This document shows positions 54,539 through 62,624 of a stretch of DNA of 64,000 nucleotides, in pieces. Below the pieces are notes generated by a model. That model ran no database searches, was not told the origin of the DNA, and saw only the letters and a program-made list of their open reading frames with translations. Both the position numbers and the translations under genes were made by a program. The stretch lies in NCBI GenBank assembly GCA_015055865.1, contig SVHK01000001.1:6628-70627 (forward strand), read 5' to 3'. Within the stretch, counting starts at the first letter, position 1; the number at the start of each line of letters is the position of its first letter. The stretch is from Clostridiales bacterium (lineage in GTDB: Bacteria > Bacillota > Clostridia > Christensenellales > Borkfalkiaceae).

Positions 54539-56152
54539 TTAATAAGCGTCGGGTAAATCGTTTAAAAACAACACGGCGTCGCCTTCTTCAAGCAAATCGC
54601 CAAGCAAGGGCTTCGCCTTTTCCAAAGTCGGTACGATTTGAAGTTTTTCCATATCGCCGTTTGCCGTTTGATAACCGTTACTTACCGATTTCACGAGCGT
54701 TTCGCCGATTAAAATCACTTTATCCAGCTCGGCTTTAGCGAGCAATTCGCCCAACTCAGCGTTGAGTTTTTCTTCCAAAATACCGCCTTCGACTATCCCC
54801 GGCGTAACGACGATTTTCTTTTTATCAAAGCGTTTTAACGCTTGCACCGCTTCGCGCGCGCTACGCTCGTTACAGTTATACGCGTCGTCTAAAATATACA
54901 CGCCCGCGCTTTCAATGAGTTGTAATCTATGCGGAACGGGTTTGATTTTTTCAACGCCCGAAAGGATTTGTTCCTTAGTTAAACCGAGCCGTTCGGCAAG
55001 CGCAATCGCAAGCGAAATATTTTCCACGGCGGAAGAGCCGAGCATCGATGTTTCCACGTCGATTTTTTCGCCGTTTTGCATCGTATAGACGAAACGGGTC
55101 TTATCCTTTTCAAACACGACGCCTTCGCTTGCGCCGTTTACGAACACGCACTTTTCTTTTTCCGATTCCGATAAAACGGGTGAAATTTTTTCTTTCAACG
55201 CGCCACCGCAAACGACGGTATTTTTCGTACCCTTAACGATTTCGCATTTCGCTTTAATCAAATTTTCTTCCGTTTTAAACGTTTCGATATGTTGCGCACA
55301 AACGCCGACGAAAATCGCGTAATCGGGTTTGACGAGCTCGCAAAGCTCCGCGACGTCGCCCACCCGTCTTGCGCCCATTTCCGCAATAAATATTTCCGTT
55401 TCTTCTACGTTCAAACAGTTGACGGTTTTTGCTACGCCCGCCGGCGTGTTATACGATTCGGGAGTCATTATGACCGAATATTTCTCCGAAAGCAAAGTAT
55501 ATAAAATATTTTTTACGCTGGTTTTACCGTAACTTCCAACGATTCCGATGCGCGTAGCTTTCGCTTTGTCTAATACCCGCCCTGCGCACTCAACGTGTTT
55601 GCGATTGTTCGCTTTCTCGAACGGAGAAATAATTTTATTCGTAACCATCAATAAAAAGGGCAACGCGAACGGCATTAACGTAAACGGTAAGAATTGAAAA
55701 AGATCGTATACGTCGTTAGAGATTACCTGCGCCAAAAAGACGAGTAAGGATAATACTACGTAGTTTACGCACGCGGTTACGAATACGTACCCAACGGAAA
55801 GACGTTTAAAACGGTTCGTCACGTTTACGGGTACTTTTAACGCGTATTTTTTATCGACGATACAATACGTAAGCGAAAAAATCATATACGTAATCAATCC
55901 AAAAATAATGGAAACTTCCGCGCCGAAAGGAGAAAATACCGCGCTTACGAACGCCACGCTGAAAAACATAGAAATCGCCCAAAGACTTAAACGGGAAAGA
56001 TACATATTATCTTTCCGTTTGAGCCAGCGCAAAAACGCGTTATTGTGGTAACCGCATTGTTGCAAAATGCCGAGCGATTTAAAAGTCGCTACGTAAAAAA
56101 GACAAGTCAATGCGATACTCGTCGCTATTCTCGTACCCACGTCAATCATCAT
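54539..56152 (-). CDS. murF: Mur ligase (UDP-MurNAc-tripeptide--D-Ala-D-Ala ligase-like) with an N-terminal membrane domain of about 180 aa
   Basis: It has the P-loop GIVGSYGKTSVKN, Mur ligase middle and C-terminal domains (DDAYNCN) and adjacency to ddl. The first 180 residues or so form about 5 hydrophobic helices. Confidence 0.75.
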   Translation of the reverse strand: MMIDVGTRIATSIALTCLFYVATFKSLGILQQCGYHNNAFLRWLKRKDNMYLSRLSLWAISMFFSVAFVSAVFSPFGAEVSIIFGLITYMIFSLTYCIVDKKYALKVPVNVTNRFKRLSVGYVFVTACVNYVVLSLLVFLAQVISNDVYDLFQFLPFTLMPFALPFLLMVTNKIISPFEKANNRKHVECAGRVLDKAKATRIGIVGSYGKTSVKNILYTLLSEKYSVIMTPESYNTPAGVAKTVNCLNVEETEIFIAEMGARRVGDVAELCELVKPDYAIFVGVCAQHIETFKTEENLIKAKCEIVKGTKNTVVCGGALKEKISPVLSESEKEKCVFVNGASEGVVFEKDKTRFVYTMQNGEKIDVETSMLGSSAVENISLAIALAERLGLTKEQILSGVEKIKPVPHRLQLIESAGVYILDDAYNCNERSAREAVQALKRFDKKKIVVTPGIVEGGILEEKLNAELGELLAKAELDKVILIGETLVKSVSNGYQTANGDMEKLQIVPTLEKAKPLLGDLLEEGDAVLFLNDLPDAY

Positions 56153-56838
56153 AAAAACTCCTCAACCAACAAATTAAAGGCAAGCGGACGTTCTAAAAAC
56201 GCGAAATGTCCGCCGTCTATCAATTTTAATTTTCCATTCGGCAAAACGTTCAAATACGCTCTTGCTTCCGCAATCGGCGTCGTTTTATCCTGTTTGCCTT
56301 CTATAATCAAAACGGGATTTTCCACTCGGCTCGCTACGCCGAGCAAATCTTCGTTGACTATTTTTTTATAACTTTCTTTCATCAAGGGTGACAACGCCCG
56401 ATACTCCGCACTCCCAAACTTTCTTTCCGCAAATTTCGGCGCGAATTTTTTGACGAAACGGTAAGTTTTGACTTTGAGCTTATACTTCAGTCCCCGTTTC
56501 AAAATCACGCCGGCAGGCCCTGTTAAAACGATTTTATCAAATACCTGCCCGTCGCTTTCCGCCATTTTGAGCGCGACTCTACACCCGAACGAATGAGCAA
56601 TTACGCTCGGTCTTTCAAGGCGTAAATCCCTTATTACTTTTTTCGTCCATACCGCGTAATCTCCGACGGAAAAAGGCTCGGTCAATTCTCCGCTTTTCCC
56701 AAACCCCAAAAAGTCCAACGCAGTTACTTTATAGAACTTTGAAAAATACTCGATTTGCGAAGAAAAACTTTCTTTTGACGACATATACCCGTGCAAAAAC
56801 AATAAATCTTTGCCTTCACCCTTTTGTAAAACCGCCAC
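56149..56838 (-). CDS. Alpha/beta hydrolase
   Basis: It has LLFLHGY and the nucleophile elbow AHSFGC. It overlaps murF by 4 nt. Confidence 0.8.
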   Translation of the reverse strand: MAVLQKGEGKDLLFLHGYMSSKESFSSQIEYFSKFYKVTALDFLGFGKSGELTEPFSVGDYAVWTKKVIRDLRLERPSVIAHSFGCRVALKMAESDGQVFDKIVLTGPAGVILKRGLKYKLKVKTYRFVKKFAPKFAERKFGSAEYRALSPLMKESYKKIVNEDLLGVASRVENPVLIIEGKQDKTTPIAEARAYLNVLPNGKLKLIDGGHFAFLERPLAFNLLVEEFL

Positions 56839-56868
56839 GTCCGTTCGCTTTTCCGTCGCAAATCCCCC

Positions 56869-57306
56869 CTAAAACGTTTTTTTCATCAACAGCGCGTTCT
56901 CGCCGTCGGGATAATAATTTTTTCTCAATCCGTATTCTTCAAAACCGAAAGAACGGTACAAACTCTTAGCCGTTTCGTTGCTTACGCGCACTTCTAAAAA
57001 TACGTTACACGCCTTTAACGCAACCGCCGTGTTTAGCATTTCTTGCATCAGTTTTCGCCCGTACCCCCGACCGCGGTGGTTGGGCGCAACCGCTATATTG
57101 AGAACTTCGGAATCTTCAAAAATAACCGATTGGCAAGCGTAAGCGACTATCTTGGAGTTTTCTTCGATTAAATAGGTCTTATAAATCGGCAAGGATAAAC
57201 AACTCAATAAGTCCTTTTCCGACCACGGGTCGGAAAAACAAACCCGTTCCACTTGCGCTATCTTTGAAATATCCGTTTCTTGCCAAGCCCTTACGTTCGC
57301 CGTCAT
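56869..57306 (-). CDS. rimI: Ribosomal-protein-alanine N-acetyltransferase (GNAT)
   Basis: It has the motif NIAVAPNHRGRGYGRKLM and shows tsaE-tsaB-rimI synteny. Confidence 0.85.
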   Translation of the reverse strand: MTANVRAWQETDISKIAQVERVCFSDPWSEKDLLSCLSLPIYKTYLIEENSKIVAYACQSVIFEDSEVLNIAVAPNHRGRGYGRKLMQEMLNTAVALKACNVFLEVRVSNETAKSLYRSFGFEEYGLRKNYYPDGENALLMKKTF

Positions 57307-57929
57307 TTTAAATTCAACTCCGCCGAACTTTTTCTAACGTATAAAGCCGTCAACTCGCCGAATTTTTCTTTGCTTGCAAGACTTTGCACGGCGTTCACCA
57401 ACCCTTGCACGGGGTCGCAACGCTCTACTTCCGTTTTTTCGCTAATAGGCAAAGCCGAACAAGAGCATAAAGAATAGCCTTGCTCTTTCAAGCTCAAAAC
57501 TTGGGTTTCGGTGATATATTCGGGCGGATAAACGACGGTTTCGCCATCGTAACCGCAAACGTAATAAGCGTCGTGCAAGGCGTCCACCAAACAAAGCTTT
57601 TTACCCCTTTCCCTTACGCTATTATATGCGGATACGTCGAAAGAAGTGATAGGCAAAGCAGGTTTATTTAACGCAAGGCAAAAACCTTTTATCGCGGAAA
57701 TACCAATCCGTATCCCCGTGAACGAGCCTGCGCCTACTACCGCCGAAAAGAAATCGAAGTCGCTTAACGTCCAACCCGTTTTCGTCAGTAAATTATCAAT
57801 CGCGTTCATCAACGTTACGGAATGGCGCATCGAGCAGTTTTCAATAAACTCGCTCTCCACCACCCCGTCCTTGCAAGCGACGACGGTTAAATATTCATTA
57901 CTCGTATCTACGGCTAAAAAATTTTTCAA
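57303..57929 (-). CDS. tsaB: tRNA t6A biosynthesis protein TsaB
   Basis: It has LAVDTSNEYLTV and GAGSFTGIRIG motifs. Confidence 0.9.
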   Translation of the reverse strand: MKNFLAVDTSNEYLTVVACKDGVVESEFIENCSMRHSVTLMNAIDNLLTKTGWTLSDFDFFSAVVGAGSFTGIRIGISAIKGFCLALNKPALPITSFDVSAYNSVRERGKKLCLVDALHDAYYVCGYDGETVVYPPEYITETQVLSLKEQGYSLCSCSALPISEKTEVERCDPVQGLVNAVQSLASKEKFGELTALYVRKSSAELNLK

Positions 57930-58327
57930 TATTCTATCTCTCTCGTGTTTTCGTCAATTTTTTTAATGATTACCCTTTTCACGCGTTTGGGCAACAACGG
58001 CGCGATGTTTTGCGACCATTCTACCAAACAAATTCCGCCCATATCGAAATAATCGGCGAGCCCCAAGCTCTCCGCTTGTTCAACGCTCTCGATTCTGTAA
58101 CAATCGTAGTGAAAAAGCACCCCGTCGTAATCGTTCATATACGCGTACGTGGGGCTGGTAACTTCTTCTTGCACCCCCAACCCTTTGGCGATACCTTTGG
58201 CGAAATGCGTTTTGCCTGCGCCCATATCGCCGTCTAAAAGCACGACGTCGTAGGGTTTAAGCGTCTTTGCGTAACCTTCGGCAAACTTTTCCGTTTCCGC
58301 TTGTGAGTTTGAAATAAATACCGCCAT
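57926..58327 (-). CDS. tsaE: tRNA t6A biosynthesis ATPase TsaE
   Basis: It has the Walker A motif GDMGAGKTHFAKGI and a SPTY motif. Confidence 0.9.
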   Translation of the reverse strand: MAVFISNSQAETEKFAEGYAKTLKPYDVVLLDGDMGAGKTHFAKGIAKGLGVQEEVTSPTYAYMNDYDGVLFHYDCYRIESVEQAESLGLADYFDMGGICLVEWSQNIAPLLPKRVKRVIIKKIDENTREIEY

Positions 58328-58890
58328 TACAATTTAAGTCCTTTAATAAAGTTGGATAATCGCTTGTATAAAAGCAAAGTCAAAACGCTGATTGCGAGCG
58401 TTTTGATAAGGTTGAACGCTAAAATAAACAAAAACGTATCCTTAAATACCGCTTCTGCGCCTGCGCCCATATACAGCGGAAAATTAATAAACCGATTGGT
58501 TATAAGCGAAACGAACGTACCGAGCAAACAACCGCCTAAAAGCGCAGGAATAACGTATTTTAACCCTTTTTTATAGCGATATAAAATAGACGGTAGCAAG
58601 ATATACGCGCTAGTCACGAACATATTCGCAAGCTCGCCCACGCCCCCCGTACTCCCCGTCGGAATACGGATAAGCTCTTTTAATACGCAAACGATAACCC
58701 CTTCGATAGGACCTAATAAAAAGCCGATTAATAGAATAAAGGTGTTCCCAAAATCAAGCTTTAAAAAAGGCGTTGCCGGAAAAATGGGAAAATCAATTAA
58801 GCTTACTACGTAAGCAAGCGCGGTAAAAACCGCCATTAAAGTGATGCGTTTGGTCGTAAAAATTCTTTTACTCTTTTTTTCTCCGTTCAT
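58327..58890 (-). CDS. ribU: ECF-type riboflavin transporter S component (RibU/FmnP-like)
   Basis: A 187-aa protein with 5-6 TM helices, preceded by an FMN riboswitch. Confidence 0.8.
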   Translation of the reverse strand: MNGEKKSKRIFTTKRITLMAVFTALAYVVSLIDFPIFPATPFLKLDFGNTFILLIGFLLGPIEGVIVCVLKELIRIPTGSTGGVGELANMFVTSAYILLPSILYRYKKGLKYVIPALLGGCLLGTFVSLITNRFINFPLYMGAGAEAVFKDTFLFILAFNLIKTLAISVLTLLLYKRLSNFIKGLKL

Positions 58891-58941
58891 AAAAACACTC
58901 CGAATATTTATTGCAAATACCCCTTGCGTTCTTTACGAACG

Positions 58942-59060
58942 TTCTTTTCTCATCCGGACTATACCGTCGGTTTTGGAATTTCACCAAATCGGGAAACGTT
59001 TAAAACACGTTTCTTCGCAGACTTTACTGCCGGTGGGGAATTACGCCCCGCCCCAAAGAA
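58942..59060 (-). promoter_or_regulatory. FMN riboswitch (RFN element)
   Basis: On the minus strand it reads GGGGCGGGGCGUAAUUCCCCACCGGCAGUAAAGUCUGCGAAG...CCGAUUUGGUGAAAUUCCAAAACCGACGGUAUAGUCCGGAUGAGAAAAGAA, which matches the conserved RFN core blocks. Confidence 0.87.
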
Positions 59061-59074
59061 TATTTACGATATTT

Positions 59075-59103
59075 ATTATACTATCAACGCTTTAAGAAGT
59101 CAA
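59075..59103 (-). promoter_or_regulatory. Sigma-A promoter of the FMN riboswitch/ribU unit (TTGACT-17-TATAAT)
   Basis: On the minus strand the -35 lies at 59103-59098 and the -10 at 59080-59075. Confidence 0.65.
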
Positions 59104-59123
59104 GCACTCTTACGCATATTACA

Positions 59124-59467
59124 AAAAACAACCCTATAGTCGCTCTTCCTGTAGGGAATTGCGACAACTAAATAAATCCTTACGGATTTGTGATATTCGT
59201 CTAACGACGAGTGATATTGCCTTTCGGCAGTTATATTCGCCTGACGGCGAGTTAAGGATTTATTTAATATAACTTTGGCGTAGCCAAAATATAACTGCTT
59301 GTAAAACAAGCAATACAACTTTTAGCCACAAGGCTAAAAATATAACTTATTAAACTTAATCTTTTGTGGATAAGAAAAGCCCACCATATTTCGCTTTTTG
59401 CGAAGTATAGTGGGCTATACTTTTGTTATGAACTAAAAATCCCTAAGAGCGACTAAGGGTTGTTTTT
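59124..59467. repeat. Inverted-repeat-bounded element containing a tandem array of mini-hairpins (MITE-like element or structured RNA)
   Basis: The terminal inverted repeats are aaaaacaaccct(a)tagtcgctctt (59124-59147) and aagagcgactaagggttgttttt (59445-59467). Inside are 3 units of GTGATAT plus hairpin (59190-59250), 4 units of ATAYAAC plus hairpin (59267-59375) and a 17-bp terminator-like hairpin (59378-59416). Confidence 0.6.
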
Positions 59468-59494
59468 CTTTTTTTAATTTGAGAGCATAAGCCT

Positions 59495-59822
59495 GCTTGG
59501 CGTTAGATACGAGCAACAACGTCCCGTTGTATCGAGTCTTTCTATCTTTCCGCTACGCTTGGGTGTTGCCTTCTCGTCAACCAAGCTCTTGCTTGGCGTT
59601 AGCTACGAGCAACAACGTCCCGTTGTATCGAGCCTTTCTATCTTTCCGCTACGCTTGGGAGTTGCCTTCTCGTCAACCAATTAAACTCGTGCTTGGCGTT
59701 AGATACGAGTAAGACAAGGCGTATTGAGTACGCCGACGGGAGTTTACTTTATCGTAAACGAGCTAGGCGCACGGAAATACAACGCAGTATTACGAAGTAT
59801 ATAACGCCAAGAGAACGTCAAG
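59495..59822. repeat. Modular intergenic repeat, locus D (two M1 units at a 96-nt period plus a divergent M2-like unit)
   Basis: M1 at 59495-59586 and M1 at 59591-59680 differ at 3 of the first 90 positions. A third unit starts with the same gcttggcgttagatacgag arm at 59691. The locus lies directly downstream of the histidine kinase stop. Confidence 0.85.
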
Positions 59823-59824
59823 AG

Positions 59825-61291
59825 TTAGTTAAAATAGACGTAAAAGGTCGAACCTTCCCCCACCTTACTATCCACACCGAAATTGAAGTTGTGTTTTTCT
59901 AAAATACTTTTGACGATGGAAAGCCCTAAACCCGTACCGTTCACGGGTCGTTTATGCGTTTCGCCCGAACGGTAATACCTATCCCAAATAGTAGAAAGTT
60001 CTTCTTTTTTTATACCTTTACCCGTATCGCGGACGGAGAACTTAACGGTGGAATTTTCACGTTTTAAGCTGATATATACCTTTTTATCGTCGCCCGTGTA
60101 GTTGACGGCGTTCCCGATTAAATTGTATAAAACTTGACCGATTTTTATTTCGTCCGCTTGAATGAATAAGCCGTCGTCAATGTCAAGCAAAAAGGTATAC
60201 CCTTTGTTTTCAACAAGGTAAACGAACCTGTCTAACACGTCGTATAAATAACTCGACACGTCGAATTTTGTTATTTTTAAAGCATCTAACCCCGAACGGA
60301 TTTTGGACAAATCCAACACGTCGGAAACGAGCGAAGTAAGCCTATCTGCTTCGTCTTCGATAACTTGTGCGTGCTTATTGCGTTTTTCGGGATTATCGCC
60401 CGAAATTTCGCGTATCATCGACGCGTACGCCTTAATCATCGTCAACGGCGTTTTGAAATCGTGCGAAACGTTCGCAATCAATTCCTTTTGCATTTTATCC
60501 GCCTTTGAAATTTCGTCGCGCGCAAAATTTAGCGTACCTGCTAATTCAACGATTTCGTCGCCGTACGCCCCGTCACTGAAATCGACTTCATAATCCCCCC
60601 TTGCAAACCGCCGAGTTTTTTCAGTGAGCATCGTCAAGGGTTTGACGAGCGCGCCCGAAATCGCGCTGGATACCGCAAAAGAAAGAATAAATACGAGCAA
60701 CGCAATCAAAATCATTCGAACGGTCATTTGCCCCATAACGCCGTGTAAAAACTGTAAATCGGTATTCACGTAAAGGTAAATGGGTTGTCCGTCGTAAAAA
60801 CCAAGCGACGCGCCGTAGACGTATTCGCGCGAAGCAGAATATACGACTGATTTACCGCCGTTTTGTTTGAGTTTTTCAAGCAAAATACGCGCTTCTTGTG
60901 CGTAGTCGCTACGGAAAGTATCACCGCCGTCATCGGAGATTCCGCCGTTGGGCGAATATACTTTTCCGTCCGCGCCGAGAATACAAACGTTGACGTCGTT
61001 AGAAGAACTTAAGTAACGAATGAACTCGCTGAACTGTTCGCTTTCTAAATCGTACAAGGAAGTGCGCGCCAAAACCGTTTCGATTTGCTTACCCTTTTCA
61101 ACGAGCGTTTTTTCCGTTTGACGTTCGTAAGTTTCACGAATGAGATAGCTTTGCGAAAAGGAAACTAAAAGTACGATTAAAAAAGAAAAAAGCGCGAACG
61201 CCGACCAAAGCAAAAAGTAAATACTTCCGCTTTTTTGTTTCGCTCGCGTCGCGCCTCGCTTAATTTTCGCTCTGAATTTTCCGTTCGCCAT
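59825..61291 (-). CDS. Sensor histidine kinase (TM-sensor-TM-HAMP-HisKA-HATPase_c)
   Basis: It has the H-box VSHDFKTPLTMI, N-box LIGNAVNYT and G-boxes DTGKGI / GTGLGLSIV. Confidence 0.9.
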   Translation of the reverse strand: MANGKFRAKIKRGATRAKQKSGSIYFLLWSAFALFSFLIVLLVSFSQSYLIRETYERQTEKTLVEKGKQIETVLARTSLYDLESEQFSEFIRYLSSSNDVNVCILGADGKVYSPNGGISDDGGDTFRSDYAQEARILLEKLKQNGGKSVVYSASREYVYGASLGFYDGQPIYLYVNTDLQFLHGVMGQMTVRMILIALLVFILSFAVSSAISGALVKPLTMLTEKTRRFARGDYEVDFSDGAYGDEIVELAGTLNFARDEISKADKMQKELIANVSHDFKTPLTMIKAYASMIREISGDNPEKRNKHAQVIEDEADRLTSLVSDVLDLSKIRSGLDALKITKFDVSSYLYDVLDRFVYLVENKGYTFLLDIDDGLFIQADEIKIGQVLYNLIGNAVNYTGDDKKVYISLKRENSTVKFSVRDTGKGIKKEELSTIWDRYYRSGETHKRPVNGTGLGLSIVKSILEKHNFNFGVDSKVGEGSTFYVYFN

Positions 61292-61302
61292 TTTTCTTAA
61301 GT

Positions 61303-61974
61303 TTATTCTTCGAATTTATAACCTAAACCCCGTAAGGTTACGATAAATTTACGGTAGTCTTTCAAATTTCCGCGTAACATTTTGATATGCGTATCGACCG
61401 TTCTGTCGTCGCCGTAGAAATCAAACCCCCACACGTCGTAAAGAAGTTTTTCTCTCGTCAAAGCAATCCCTTTGTTTCGAACGAGATAGAATAAAAGCTC
61501 GTATTCCTTAGGGGTAAGTTCGGCTTTTACGCCGTCCACGTACACGTTCCTGCCTGCCATATCGATTTCCAAGCCTTCAAACTTCAAAATCTCGTTCCCG
61601 TTCAACGTCGGCTTAGACGCTCTACGTTTGGTAACCGCGTTAATACGCGCCATCACTTCCTTAGGCGAAAAAGGTTTGGTAACGTAATCGTCCACCCCCA
61701 ATTCGAACGCGAAAAGCTTATCGTATTCTTCCCCCCTTGCAGAGAGCATAATTACGGGCAAATCCTTACTCTTTTTAATCTCTTTAACTGCGGAAAACCC
61801 GTCTAATTTCGGCATCATTACGTCCATTAGAATAAGGTCGTAGTCCCGTTCTTTACAAAGTTTAACCGCATCCATACCGTTGGACGCTTCTTCCGCTTCG
61901 TTTCCTTCGAATTCGACGTATTCGCGTAAAACGCCCCGAATCATTTCTTCATCGTCAACGATTAAAATTTTCAT
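61303..61974 (-). CDS. OmpR/PhoB-type response regulator
   Basis: It has the MKILIVDDEE receiver domain and a winged-helix C-terminus (LTPKEYELLFYL...RGLGYKF). The ATG at 61974 has a GGAGAAAG RBS. Confidence 0.9.
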   Translation of the reverse strand: MKILIVDDEEMIRGVLREYVEFEGNEAEEASNGMDAVKLCKERDYDLILMDVMMPKLDGFSAVKEIKKSKDLPVIMLSARGEEYDKLFAFELGVDDYVTKPFSPKEVMARINAVTKRRASKPTLNGNEILKFEGLEIDMAGRNVYVDGVKAELTPKEYELLFYLVRNKGIALTREKLLYDVWGFDFYGDDRTVDTHIKMLRGNLKDYRKFIVTLRGLGYKFEE

Positions 61975-62133
61975 TCTCTTTCTCCAATCGCGCAGAAATT
62001 TCGACAAACAACCGAACTTTCCGCCGTTTTATCCTTTTTGACGGCGAAAATACGTCGTCATTATTTTAAATATACCCCTTTTTTGTATCGTTTAGACCAA
62101 AAAAGCGTGAAAGATAGATGAAATCTTTATATT

Positions 62134-62162
62134 ATTATACCAAATCTTGAAAAAATTGTCAA
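62134..62162 (-). promoter_or_regulatory. Consensus sigma-A promoter (TTGACA-17-TATAAT) of the two-component operon
   Basis: On the minus strand the -35 lies at 62162-62157 and the -10 at 62139-62134. Confidence 0.65.
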
Positions 62163-62171
62163 CGGGCAGGG

Positions 62172-62537
62172 TTATTCGTATTCTTCGTAACTACGCCTGT
62201 TTTGATAAATATGCTCGTTTTCGTCGTAATAACCGTTCGGGGCTTGCGTTTCACAAGACTTTGCACGGCAAGTTTGATTTCCGCGCCGTTTACCCGAAGG
62301 AACACGCGCAAGCCCTACGTTGACCAAAATCACGTCATCGCCGATTTTGACGATGTTTTTCAGTTCAATGAAAAAATCCGTGCGTTTAGCGCCAAATCCG
62401 CGTTGACCGGGTACGACGAAACCTAAAATCCTGTTTTCAGGATAGCAAAACACCATATCGCAAACCCTACCGAGCTTTCTGCCGTCGGCTACGTTAATAA
62501 CTTCTTTCGTGCGAAGTTCGGAGAAACTCATTTCCAT
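62172..62537 (-). CDS. YlmC/YmxH family PRC-barrel protein (sporulation-associated family)
   Basis: It has SELRTKEVINVADGRKLGRVCDMVF...GFVVPG, the typical YlmC/YmxH N-terminus, plus a C-terminal tail of about 45 aa. Confidence 0.8.
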   Translation of the reverse strand: MEMSFSELRTKEVINVADGRKLGRVCDMVFCYPENRILGFVVPGQRGFGAKRTDFFIELKNIVKIGDDVILVNVGLARVPSGKRRGNQTCRAKSCETQAPNGYYDENEHIYQNRRSYEEYE

Positions 62538-62585
62538 ATCTCGCGCTCCTTATTCGGATAGTTACTATTATTATATGCCGAAAGC

Positions 62586-62621
62586 AAAAAAAAGTATCGC
62601 TTGAACCCAAGCGATACTTTT
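62586..62621 (-). terminator. Intrinsic terminator
   Basis: A 14-bp stem aaaagtatcgcttg / caagcgatactttt with U8 on the minus strand. Confidence 0.7.
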
Positions 62622-62624
62622 TAA

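Noticed and set aside
59495-59690. A possible CRISPR array, because of the regular 96-nt period.
   Set aside because: The whole 90-nt unit is repeated with only a 4-5 nt junction, so there are no unique spacers. There are only two or three units, and no cas genes or leader are present.
59497-59712. ORFs running through the repeat arrays (59497-59712, 39287-39469, 50615-50815, 15037-15222), which could suggest repeated peptides.
   Set aside because: They have no RBS. The copies differ by indels that are not multiples of three and by stem-preserving changes, so conservation is at the nucleotide or structure level and not in a reading frame.
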